Assembly: GCA_038087875.1 (NCBI GenBank) | Contig: JAXLNO010001237.1 | Span: 124,001-188,000 of the forward strand | Source: Malacoraja senta | Lineage: Eukaryota | Direction of reading: 5' to 3' | DNA: 64,000 bases | In this document: piece by piece, positions 12,527-22,189 of the stretch | How positions within the stretch are numbered: position 1 is the first letter of the stretch | Layout of the letters: every line of letters starts with the position of its first letter | Notes under the pieces: generated by a model | What the model was told of the DNA's origin: nothing | Databases searched by the model: none | Seen by the model: only the letters and a program-made list of their open reading frames with translations | Program-made: the position numbers and the translations under genes

Positions 12527-13957
12527 TAGGCTGTGGGCCGAGGAGCTTTTTCGTTCAGGTACGTGACCCAACTCACAGAACTACCTTAATTTTTAACATA
12601 TTGTATAAAAGTATTATATAAATCATACCTGAATCTCGTCAAGAACAAAACCTGCACATTTTGTTTAAATATGACAAAAATGTCCAATTTTCCAAGTAGT
12701 AATTGTCCAATCAATGCACGTTCGACATTGAGGTCGGACGCAAATTGACCAATCCCGCGCTTTGTTTTATGGTCGCTAGGCAGCGAGGACTCTGGGATCA
12801 TGGCTGCCTCCTCATTACATCAATAGCAATAACAAGGTTTCCAAGGATAAAGGTAATGCTAACCTTGTTGATAATTCTGTTTTTCAATTGATTTATCTAT
12901 ATAAAGTTTGGATGTAAACTGTTAAATAAAAATTATAAATAACAAATGTACAGCTAGGTTTAGGGTTAGGGTTAGTGTCAGGGTCATGGTCAGGGTGAGG
13001 GGCAAGGTCAGGGTCAGTCAACCGGTCGGTCGGGCTTGTCGGTAGGCCGATGGATGCGGTGGAAGATCGCTCGGGCTGTCGGCCCGCTAGTGGATGCTGT
13101 GAGGGGTCGGTCGGGCAGTCGGTAGGCCGGTGAGTGCTGCGTAGGGTCGGCCAGCCGGTATTGCAGCGAGCGAGCGGGCGGACTGACGGAGCCGGCGCTA
13201 TGGGAGTGCTGAAGGCGGCCCAGGCGGCGTGCAAGGCAGTGCTGCTCCTCACCATCATCACCATGATGATCCAGAAGGGCATGCTGGCCGAGGTGGACTC
13301 GCTGAGCGGCCACACGTACGGAGCCCGCAGCCGGTCCCAAAGCAGCTCCAGCTCCAGCCGTGGGCAGCTCTGGAAGGGGGGGGCGAGTTAGAGTTAGGGT
13401 TAGGCATTTTCCTCTCAGTGGAAGATGCCTCAGCCTTGCCCCAGCCTGGCACTGCCCCAGTCCCACTATGGCCGTGACCTCCACTCTGCACACCGGCAGT
13501 CAGTGGGGTTCAGTAAATGGGGAACCCAGCAGAACTGCCCTCACCCATTAATTAGGCTGGTTCACGAGCCGGACCTCTGCGACACTCATTCAAAAAACAC
13601 ACACAATTATATTATTTTTAAATAATATAATTGTACATAATTATATATGATTACAGTCATATTCACAAATTATATATATATGTAAAGAGTATAATAATAT
13701 ATAGTTTAAATAGACTGCATCACGGAATTAGGCTCCCCATGGTGTAATATGGGCATTGGACACTAGATGGTGCTTACTTTTTTATCTCATTTTCTAATTA
13801 GTTTAATTCATTAATGTGCAACGTTTGGCACTGACGAATTATGACTTCCTTCTCAATTATATTTTATCTAAATCTGTGCAAAATTTAATGTAGTTCTGAG
13901 ACATGGGTCACGAAAGTTGATTTCTAGACACATTTTTGATGCTCGGCCTACAGCCTA
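12527..13957. mobile_element. Non-autonomous TIR DNA element (TAG...CTA ends) with GC-rich internal cargo
   Basis: Left end TAGGCTGTGGGCCGAG vs reverse complement of right end TAGGCTGTAGGCCGAG (15/16), plus a shared sub-terminal block CGTGACCCA-n5-CAGAACTAC-n-TTAA. Arms are AT-rich and the core (about 12950-13600) is CpG-rich. No clean TSD (caa/cag). Confidence 0.7.
13200..13391 (+). CDS. 63-aa GC3-rich ORF inside the TIR element (captured first exon or microprotein?)
   Basis: gcgctATGG context after a CpG-rich UTR-like stretch. MGVLKAAQAACKAVLLLTIITMMIQKGMLAEVDSLSGHTYGARSRSQSSSSSSRGQLWKGGAS* has mostly G/C third positions and one hydrophobic helix. Not recognised. Confidence 0.4.
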   Translation: MGVLKAAQAACKAVLLLTIITMMIQKGMLAEVDSLSGHTYGARSRSQSSSSSSRGQLWKGGAS

Positions 13958-14070
13958 CAGTGATCCCCAAAGCTAGTGGAGTAAATACCTGATGGGAAGC
14001 TAATAGCACACCATCAGGGAGAGAGATCCTATCACAGGTCTGCTTATCCCAGAAAACCATCAGAACTCAC

Positions 14071-14144
14071 CGGGACATTTCTTGCCATGGAAATGTTTTC
14101 ATAATCTGTTCCTGGGGTCTGGTCATCAGCCGCTCCGGACTGGG
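14071..14144 (-). CDS. Cytoplasmic exon 1 (TDYENI motif)
   Basis: Acceptor ttctctaattcacag|CC, donor CCG|gtgagt, 74 nt, phase 1-0. Reads QSGAADDQTPGTDYENISMARNVP. Confidence 0.85.
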
Positions 14145-14309
14145 CTGTGAATTAGAGAACAAGGTCTCACAAAGAGCAGCCTCGGAGCTGTGAATCCCAC
14201 TTTGCTGCCCAACAGCATAATGACGGCTTTTTGACAATCGGAACCAGCCCTTCCGATTTCACTAACCACACAGCAATTAGATCAGACTGAATGATTTAGT
14301 TACACATAC

Positions 14310-14438
14310 AGGACTGGTGGCTTCCAGAAGTTCTGCGTCTGATAAGACAAATGGCTCCAGTAACAGCAAGAACTCCCAGCACCAAAGGCAGAATGATCCA
14401 AGCAAGGTACATCACCACAACGTGATTCTCCGTCATAT
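14310..14438 (-). CDS. Transmembrane exon of the VJ-VJ receptor
   Basis: Acceptor atttatttgcag|AT, donor CCT|gtatgt, 129 nt, phase 1-1. MTENHVVVMYLAWIILPLVLGVLAVTGAICLIRRRTSGSHQS is an uncharged hydrophobic helix followed by an RRR stop-transfer motif. Absent from the supplied ORF track. Confidence 0.88.
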
Positions 14439-16260
14439 CTGCAAATAAATCACATCATTGGGTAAACATCAGGGAAACGTAATGTCAGTGCAGAAGGAAG
14501 CCACTTGGCCCATCGTTCTGTGCCAGCTTTTTGAAAGAGTGGTCCACTGATCCTAACCCACTTATTTCCCAGAGTCCTGCAATAGGTTCTCACTGAAATG
14601 TATCCAATTCCTGGTGGAACGTTGCTATTCAACCCCCGTCCACCAGCTGACCCAACTGGCCACTGAATAAAGCGCAGTCCCCAGAGGCGCCCTGTTCCTT
14701 CAACCTTATTGACCATTCTGATATAAATGTACTATGATAAAGGAAGGAAGTGGAGCACCGAGTGGTCACAAGCCAGTGAGTTTATCTGGCCAGTTATTGG
14801 AATACATCCTAATGAACCAAATAAGCATTCATTTACAAATCATTAAATGTCAGCAAGCTTGAATTGGGTCCCATTGTAACAGTGTGGAAGTGACACATAG
14901 AGAGGTCAGGGTAGCAGTGGAGTAGGATTAAAGTGGTGACAACAGGAAGCTCAAGGTCACTCCTGTAGATGGAGTGGAAATACTCCACAAAGCATTCACT
15001 CCATCTGTGCAGATGCTGGTTTATGCCGAAGGCAAACACAAAGTGCTGGAGTAACTCAGCGGGTCAGGCAGTATCTCTGGATAAAAAGGATGGGTGATGT
15101 ACCGGGTTAGAACCCATGTTTACACCCTGCACTGTTACATTGTCTGAAAAAAGGTTCTGACCTGAAACGTCACCCATCTTTTTTCACCAGAAATGCTGCC
15201 TGACCCGCTGAGTTACTCCAGCACTTGGTGTCAACTATGTTTAATTTCCTTCATGTGGAAGAGACCACGCGGAGAACACCAAATGCAGTACATCCGTTTG
15301 GAAAAAGTGCAAGTCATTCACTGCTTAACCTGGAAGGGCTATTTGTGTCACTGGACGGTGGGAAGAGGTGAAAAGTCAAGTGTTGCTTCTCCTGTGTTTT
15401 TGCATGGAGACATGCCGTATGAGTGCGAGTGGTTGGTGGGGACGGACAAGGTGGTGACGGGATTTTATTGGATCTGGTGAAAAATGCAAAGGATGATCGG
15501 ATGAATGTGGCAGGTTCCTGGGTGGAAGGTAAGGAGCAGGGGAACTATGTTCTTATCGACTCCTGGAAAGAGGAAGAGTGAGAGCATAGATGCGGGAATA
15601 TCAATAAGATGTGATTAAGGACTCTGTCCACTCCAGTTGAGGAGAAGTCACTGTTCAGGAAGAAGGAAGACATTTCAGTGGCATCTCTTAGCGTAACTTA
15701 TTGTTTCTTCATCATTTTAGCTCAGTTTGTCCTGCTAGATGTGTCCTTGAGCACACTATTAACAACACATCTCACAGACAAGGAGGCATAATATGCTTAC
15801 AAATCATCACATTCAAACAGAGATATTTCCTTTGTATTATCCATTCCTTCCTTCTCACAGAAATGCTTTAATTCTGTTTTTCTTTCTCCACAGATGCTGC
15901 CTGGCCTTCTGGTGATCACAGGGAGAACATATAAACTCCGTACAGACAGCACCCCAAGTCAGGATTGAACATAGGTCTCTGGCACTATAAGGCAGGAACT
16001 CTACCGCTGCACCACTGTGCCGCCCCAGTGACCATAAATCTGTATATTTCAAAATGGTTACGTAAAATGACAGAGATAGATTGGAATAGGGGGCTTACAT
16101 TGGGGGAGGGCCAATTTCACAACATTAAGTCAGGACCTGGCTAATGTGGACTGTGAAAATGTATTTCCCTGCAAGTCAAAATCTGCACAATAGGAAGCAT
16201 TCGAAGGAGAAAGAACAAGAACTCAAGGTTAACATATTCGTGTAAGGGTGAATGTCAAGA

Positions 16261-17027
16261 ATATAGATGGATAGATGCTGCTTCCAATGAAGGAATGTTC
16301 AACAAGAATAGGGAACCCAGGATGCAGAGGGTTGGATAAAGAAAAAAATAGGAAGCATATGGCTAACGGGGCTGGGAGCGCAGCGGGCCTGGGGTGTAAA
16401 AAGAAAATTAACGTTTTTAAAAGGAAATACTTTGTCAAATGGACCAAAACTGGCTACTCTACACCCCAGACGAATAGTGAGTAAGTTGGGTCTAAAATTG
16501 TTGCGCTATCGTGTATCGTTTTGGCTGAATTTCGGGAACATACATACATACAAACAAACAAACAAATATACATACATACAAGACAAGAGTTTTAGTCATA
16601 TATACTAGATCAAGCGCGGACCTGTTGGGTCCCCGTCCCCCAACGCAATATTCCACCACTCACCCATAGCCCTCAACTGCACAGGTGAGTCTGATGGGTT
16701 CCTTTTGTGACACCAGAGATCCCTGTTGTGACGCGAGTCATGGTAACCCTCCCCCAACTACACAGGCGCAGCTGGCAAGTGGGAGAGCAAATGCCAGATT
16801 TATTATAGTTTAAAAAGTAAATAATTTAAAATATATAACATTATTCTGAATGAAACATGTTACGGCAATGTTGAGTAAGGTGGTCCAAACATTTTTGCGC
16901 TGTCATGTACCGTTTTTGCTGTATTTTGGGAACAAACAAACAAACAAGAGTTTTAGAGAGAGGTAGGTAGATAGGTGGGTAGGTGATATAGATGGATAGA
17001 TGCCACTTCCAATGAAGGAATGTTGAC
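16261..17027. repeat. Composite direct-repeat region, possibly Helitron-type non-autonomous ends
   Basis: 16261-16303 matches 16986-17027 and 16488-16597 matches 16881-16955 (GCGCT..CGTG/CATGTA.CGTTTT...ACAAAC repeats...CAAGAGTTTTAG), plus a short hairpin GGACCTGTTGGGTCC. Confidence 0.35.
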
Positions 17028-17534
17028 AGTTACTAGAAGGTGTAGTGGTGAAACAGAAAAGAGAGACTGGGAGGAGCGACTCCAATAGGAAATTATTTAA
17101 TTAATTGTTGTCCCTGGAAGGTTTTAACGTGCTAGGTTGAAAGATGGGGCCCTGTTCCGTGAGCACAAAATGGTGAGGTCAGATTCAGGCTGACACAATA
17201 AGGTGAAGTGTGACTGTAAGATTGGAGTTAGGAGCCGGGGCCGAAAAGTGATGTTCCACAAATAGCCATCAGATGTGTATTTGTCTGTCTAATTCATCAG
17301 AAAGCATAAATAAATGCATGAAAATGAATCGGTATGGGGAAGTTGCGCCGAAGGGCCTGTTTTCATGCTGTATGACTCTATGAAAACTAAAAGATTTAAT
17401 ACTTTTAATGTTTTTAATATTGTAAATATTGTAAACTGAAATGAAAATGATAGTGCAAAACCGCTATCCCACCCCTGGCATGCTCTATATCTACACTAAC
17501 GGAGTTCATTTAGTATTGTGTAAACTGAACTTAC

Positions 17535-17779
17535 TAATGACAATCATCTGGGTCCGGTTCCCTCTGATATCTCCCCACACTGTGCAGTAATAGACGGCAG
17601 AGTCATTGAGCATCACGTTTGTGACCGTCAGGATGAAGCTGCTGTTGGAGGCGTCTTTGAACGGCTGGAACTGCTCAGTGAAGCCTGGTCTCGTTCGTAC
17701 GCTGACTTTTGCCTCGTGTGTTAAAACCCACTCCATGTCCTGCCCAGGTAGTTCTCGGAACCAGTGTTTCCCACTTCAG
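17535..17779 (-). pseudogene. Truncated third V-J exon (V2-like pseudo-exon)
   Basis: About 94% identical by eye to the V2 core. It has a 10-nt deletion at a CAGTG microhomology, and its 5' third and acceptor are replaced by a CR1 at 17780. Donor ATTA|gtaagt is retained. Confidence 0.88.
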
Positions 17780-18305
17780 GAGTAGAGGTCCTTATGCAGT
17801 TGTGCAGAGCCCTATTGAGACCACATCTGGAATATTGTGTGCAGTTTTGGTGTCCTAATTTGAGGAAGGACATCCTTGCTATTGAGGCAGTGCAGCGTAG
17901 GTTCACGAGGTTAATCCCTGGGTTGGCGGGACTGTCGTGTGAGGAAAGATTTGAATTCACTGGGCTTGTATTCACTGGAATTTAGAAGGATGAGAGGGAT
18001 TCTTATAGAAACGTATAAAATTATAAAAGGACAGGACAAGCTAGATGCAGGAAAAATGTTCCCAACGTTGGGGGAGTCCAGAACCAGGGGCCACAGTTTA
18101 AGAATAAAGGGGAGGCCATTTAAAACTGAGATGAGAAAAAACCTTTTCACCCAGAGAGTTGTGAATTTGTGGAATTCTCTGCCATAGAAGGCAGTGGAGG
18201 CCAATTCACAGGATGAATTTAAAACAGCTAGCGGCTAGCGGAATCAAGGGATAAGGGGAGAAGGCAAGCAAGGGTTATTGATCGTGGATGATCAGCCATG
18301 ATCAC
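17780..18305 (+). mobile_element. CR1 3' fragment abutting the broken V3 exon
   Basis: LRPHLEYCVQFWCP and TRGHSLRIKG ORF fragments; CR1 3' end. Confidence 0.88.
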
Positions 18306-19579
18306 AATCATATGTAGAAAATAGAACAGGCAAATCCAGTGAAAGCATTGACAGAGATGGTAGGGGGAGCATGAGAGGACCGGTAAGTTTAACTATATTT
18401 ACTTTAAAGCAAGAAGCACAGCAAGTGAGACGGATGAGTTGAGAGTGTAGATCAGCACACAAGATTATGAGGGGAAGCGTGGATGAGGGAAGAGCTGTAA
18501 TTTATTATTAATTTATTATTAAGTAAGTGGGGCATTTGGAATATATCAGGACAGGGTGGAGTCAAAAGGTTTTTGTAAAGGAAATCATATTCAATAAATC
18601 AGCTAATTGAGATTGTAGTTAGCAACATGGATAAAGGATAACTAGCTGATGTGCATTTGGACTTTCAGAAGGCACTGAACAAGCTACAAAGAAGGTGCAG
18701 ATACAAAAAAACTCACACATACCTGTATTTGCACTCGCTATTCATTACATAGAAACATAGAAACATAGAAATTAGGTGCAGGAGTAGGCCATTCGGCCCT
18801 TCGAGCCAGCACTGCCATCACCTCCCCCTTCCAGTTCCAATCTGCCTCACCATCCGCCCTTGGGTTCTACATCTTATCTCACAACTTTTCTTACCAGAAT
18901 TCATTATTTATAATCTTTTGTCTTCTCCGCTTATCACCTCTTCGTTAATATCTACCCCTATTCCTCCTGCACCTCATTCATCTGACAATCAACCCTTCCA
19001 TATCTGAGTCTACCTATCACTTGCAAGCTCTTGCCCCAACATTACTCCCTCACCTCTTTCTACCAGCTCTCCTGCTCCATCAGTCTGAAGAGGTCTTGAC
19101 CCGAAACACTGTCTGTCCATTTACCTTCACAGATGTTGGCTGACCTGCTGAGTTCCTCTGGAACTAATATCTACATTGGAGATCCTTGGACTATCTTTGA
19201 TCGGACTTCACTGGCTTTAACTAGCCCTAAACGTTATTCACGTTAATCCCTTTATCGTGTATCTATACACTGTGGATGGCTCAATTGTAATTATGTATTG
19301 TCTGTCCGCTGATTAGTTAGCCCGCAAAAGCTTTTTACTGTACCTCGGTACACGTGACAATAAATTAAACTCAAACTCTAAAACGCAAGCTTGGCTATTT
19401 CTTAAGCATTCCATAATATTTCTTCTCCCATCTTTTGGATTTTATGGGCAAATCTATTCCTTTTAACAACTCATATGAAGTTATCCTATTTCTCTCCGTA
19501 TTCTGATTTGTTTCAGGAGGGATATGGTCCAAACGCAGGCAGGTGGGACTTGTGTAACCATATAACCATAACATATAAC

Positions 19580-20865
19580 CATAACAGCACGGAAACAGGC
19601 CATCTCGGCCCTTCAAGTCCGTGCCGAACACGTTTTTTGGTTTTGTTTTTTTAAATTACTTCCCCCTAGTCCCATCTACCTGCACTCAGACCATAACCCT
19701 CCATTCCTTTCCCGTCCATATACCCATCCAATCTATTTTTAAAGGATAACATCGAACCTGCCTCCACCACTTCCACTGGAAGCTCATTCCACACAGCTAC
19801 CACTCTCTGAGTAAAGAAGTTCCCCCTAATGTTCCCCCTAAACTTCTGTCCCTTAATTCTCAAGTCATGTCCCCTTGTTTGAATCTTCCCTACTCTCAAT
19901 GGGAAAAGCTTATCCACGTCCACTCTGTCTAACCCGCTCCGCTCATAATTTTAAAGACCTCTATCGTCCCCTCTTAACCTTCTGCGCTCCAAAGAATAAA
20001 GACCTAACTTGTTCAACCTTTCTCTGTAACTTAGTTGCTGAAACCCAGGCAACACTCTAGTAAATCTCCTCTGTACTCTCTCTATTTTGTTGACATCCTT
20101 CCTATAATTAGGCGACCAAAATTGTACTCCATACTCCAGAATTGGCCTCACCAATGCCTTGTACAATTTTAATATTGCATCCCAACTTCAATATTCAATG
20201 CTCTGATTTATAAAGGCCAGCACACCAAAAGCTTTCTTTACCACCCTATCTACATGAGATTACACCTTCAGGGAACTATGCACAGTTATTCCTAGATCCC
20301 TCTGTTCAACTGCATTCCTCAATTCGCTACCATTTACCATGTACATCCTATTTTGATTTGTCCTGCCGAGATGTAGCACCTCACATTTGTCAGCATTAAA
20401 CTCCATCTGCCATCTTTCAGCCCACTCTTCCAAATGGCCTAAATCTCTCTGTAGTCTTTGAAAAATCTACTTCATTATCCACAACACCACCTATCTTAGT
20501 ATCATCTGCATACTTACTAATCCAATTTTCCACACCATCATCCAGATCATTGATGTACATGCCAAACAACAGTGGACCCAACACAGACCCCTGAGGAACC
20601 CCACTAGTCACCGGCCTCCAACCTGACAAACAACCATCCACCATTACTCTCTGGCATCTCCCATTCAACCACTGTTGAATCCATCTTGCTACTCCACCAT
20701 TAATACCCAACAATTGAATCTTCTTAACCAGCCTTCCATGAGGAACCTTGTCAAAGGCCTTACTGAAGTCCATATAGACAACATCCACTGCTTTACCCTC
20801 ATCAATTTCCCTAGTAACCTCTTCGAAAAATTCAAGAAGATTAGTCAAGCATGACCTTCCAGGCA
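19580..20865 (-). mobile_element. CR1 fragment (second subfamily)
   Basis: [33 protein letters not shown] and RPILEYGVQFWSP motifs. Confidence 0.88.
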
Positions 20866-21460
20866 CATGTGTAGCTGGGAGATGTTGGCCGGTTACTCCA
20901 ACAGCTTGTGCCTTTTGTTTTTTAATATATTGTTTGCCTTCCAAACTGCTCATTCTATCTACGTTGATTTTGTTATTTTGTGTATGAGAACACCCAGATT
21001 CTTCTGACCTTACAGTCTCACAACATTCAAAAAAATGTTTTGCATGTCCATTTTTCCTGCAGGAGTGAATGACTATATTTTTCCAAATTATAGACCTTCT
21101 GGCTTGTCCTGCTCTTTATACTTGTCTGTGCCCCCTGCAGCCTCCTCACATGTTGCATCTCCTACCAACTAACCTGGATATGTTATACTTGGTCTCCTCA
21201 TCCTCGATTGTGAATAGTTAGGGTCCCAGCACCAAACCCTGCACCACCTCTCACTAGTCACAGCCTCTCAGCTTGAATACCTGCTGTTCATTCCAGTTCC
21301 TCCATGCTTCTCAATATTTAACGTGGATTAGGAACCCGTATCAACACAATGCAGATGAGCAATGACAGATCAATGAACAATGAACTGTCAGCCTGAGAAA
21401 GGGCATGAACACAGGTGATCAATGTGTAACCTGTTTCTTCTAAGCCAGTCCCAGAGCCCT

Positions 21461-22169
21461 TGAGAATATTCTAGTTAACAATAAATAATAATGTAAGGTG
21501 TTTTATTAAGCAAAGATTAACTTATTTGGGTTTTGAGTAAACTGAATCTTTGTAATTCTGTGCTGTAGAAGAGCCGGATGATCAGGAAATTGGAGGCCAG
21601 CATTCAAACTGCATTCAAGCTGCTTCCTGTTTTGCCCAAGCAAAAAAACATTTCAATGGTGGGAGAGGATGTACTTCCTGAGAAGGTGCTGGCTTCTGAA
21701 AACAGAAGCCTTGAGAGAGGATGTGTTTCCTTTGGAGTTGGTAGTTTCTGTAAACAGAAGCCTTCTGGTTGGTAGCTGACAATCGAAGATTACATTGTTA
21801 AGATGGAATTGTAAATGTTGTGCTTCTTGACTAAGTTCCTGTTTCGATGTTTGTGATCAACAGTTTATGATTGATAGAAGCACGGGATGACAAGAATATT
21901 GTATCAGTGACAAGAATTCTTTGTATGGGTAGAGCTGTGATTGATATGTATTAAACATCATTGCTGTATAAACATGTGACTACGTTTCCAAAATACTATA
22001 AAAAGTTGCTATATATCTGTTCATTAGAGTGCTGGCCCAGGAGGATTAAATATCTGTTGCATACTTGACTTTGTATCCCATGGCACTCTCGCCAGCTAAA
22101 TGATCAGGAAAGCTTGTGTTGGTTTATCTAACATTGTGTGTTGTCTGTTTTAAGAAATGAACCTTAACA
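21461..22169 (+). repeat. ERV 5' LTR
   Basis: TG...CA ends, homologous to 38834-40466, followed by the PBS. Confidence 0.88.
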
Positions 22170-22170
22170 T

Positions 22171-22189
22171 TGGCGTAGTCGGCAGGATT
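22171..22189 (+). promoter_or_regulatory. Primer-binding site complementary to tRNA-Ser
   Basis: TGGCGTAGTCGGCAGGATT is the reverse complement of the vertebrate tRNA-Ser 3' end (AATCCTGCCGACTACGCCA, from recall). Confidence 0.85.

Noticed and set aside
13200-13391. TCR-gamma-like TM exon (KAVLLLTIITMMIQK resembles KSVVYFAIITCCLLR)
   Set aside because: Opposite strand to the V exons, no convincing acceptor, poorly hydrophobic before the Lys, and it lies inside a TIR element.
12950-13400. Interstitial telomere or chromosome fusion scar
   Set aside because: Only 2-3 TTAGGG units amid degenerate hexamers, all in one orientation.
14596-14716. Extra stalk exon upstream of the TM exon
   Set aside because: Splice-like sites give phase 2-0, or a stop in phase 1, incompatible with neighbouring exons; the sequence looks repeat-derived.
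21578-21775. Duplicated 65-aa ORF (also 38956-39153) as a conserved small gene
   Set aside because: GTG/ATG-ambiguous ORF inside the two LTRs; identity follows from the LTR duplication.
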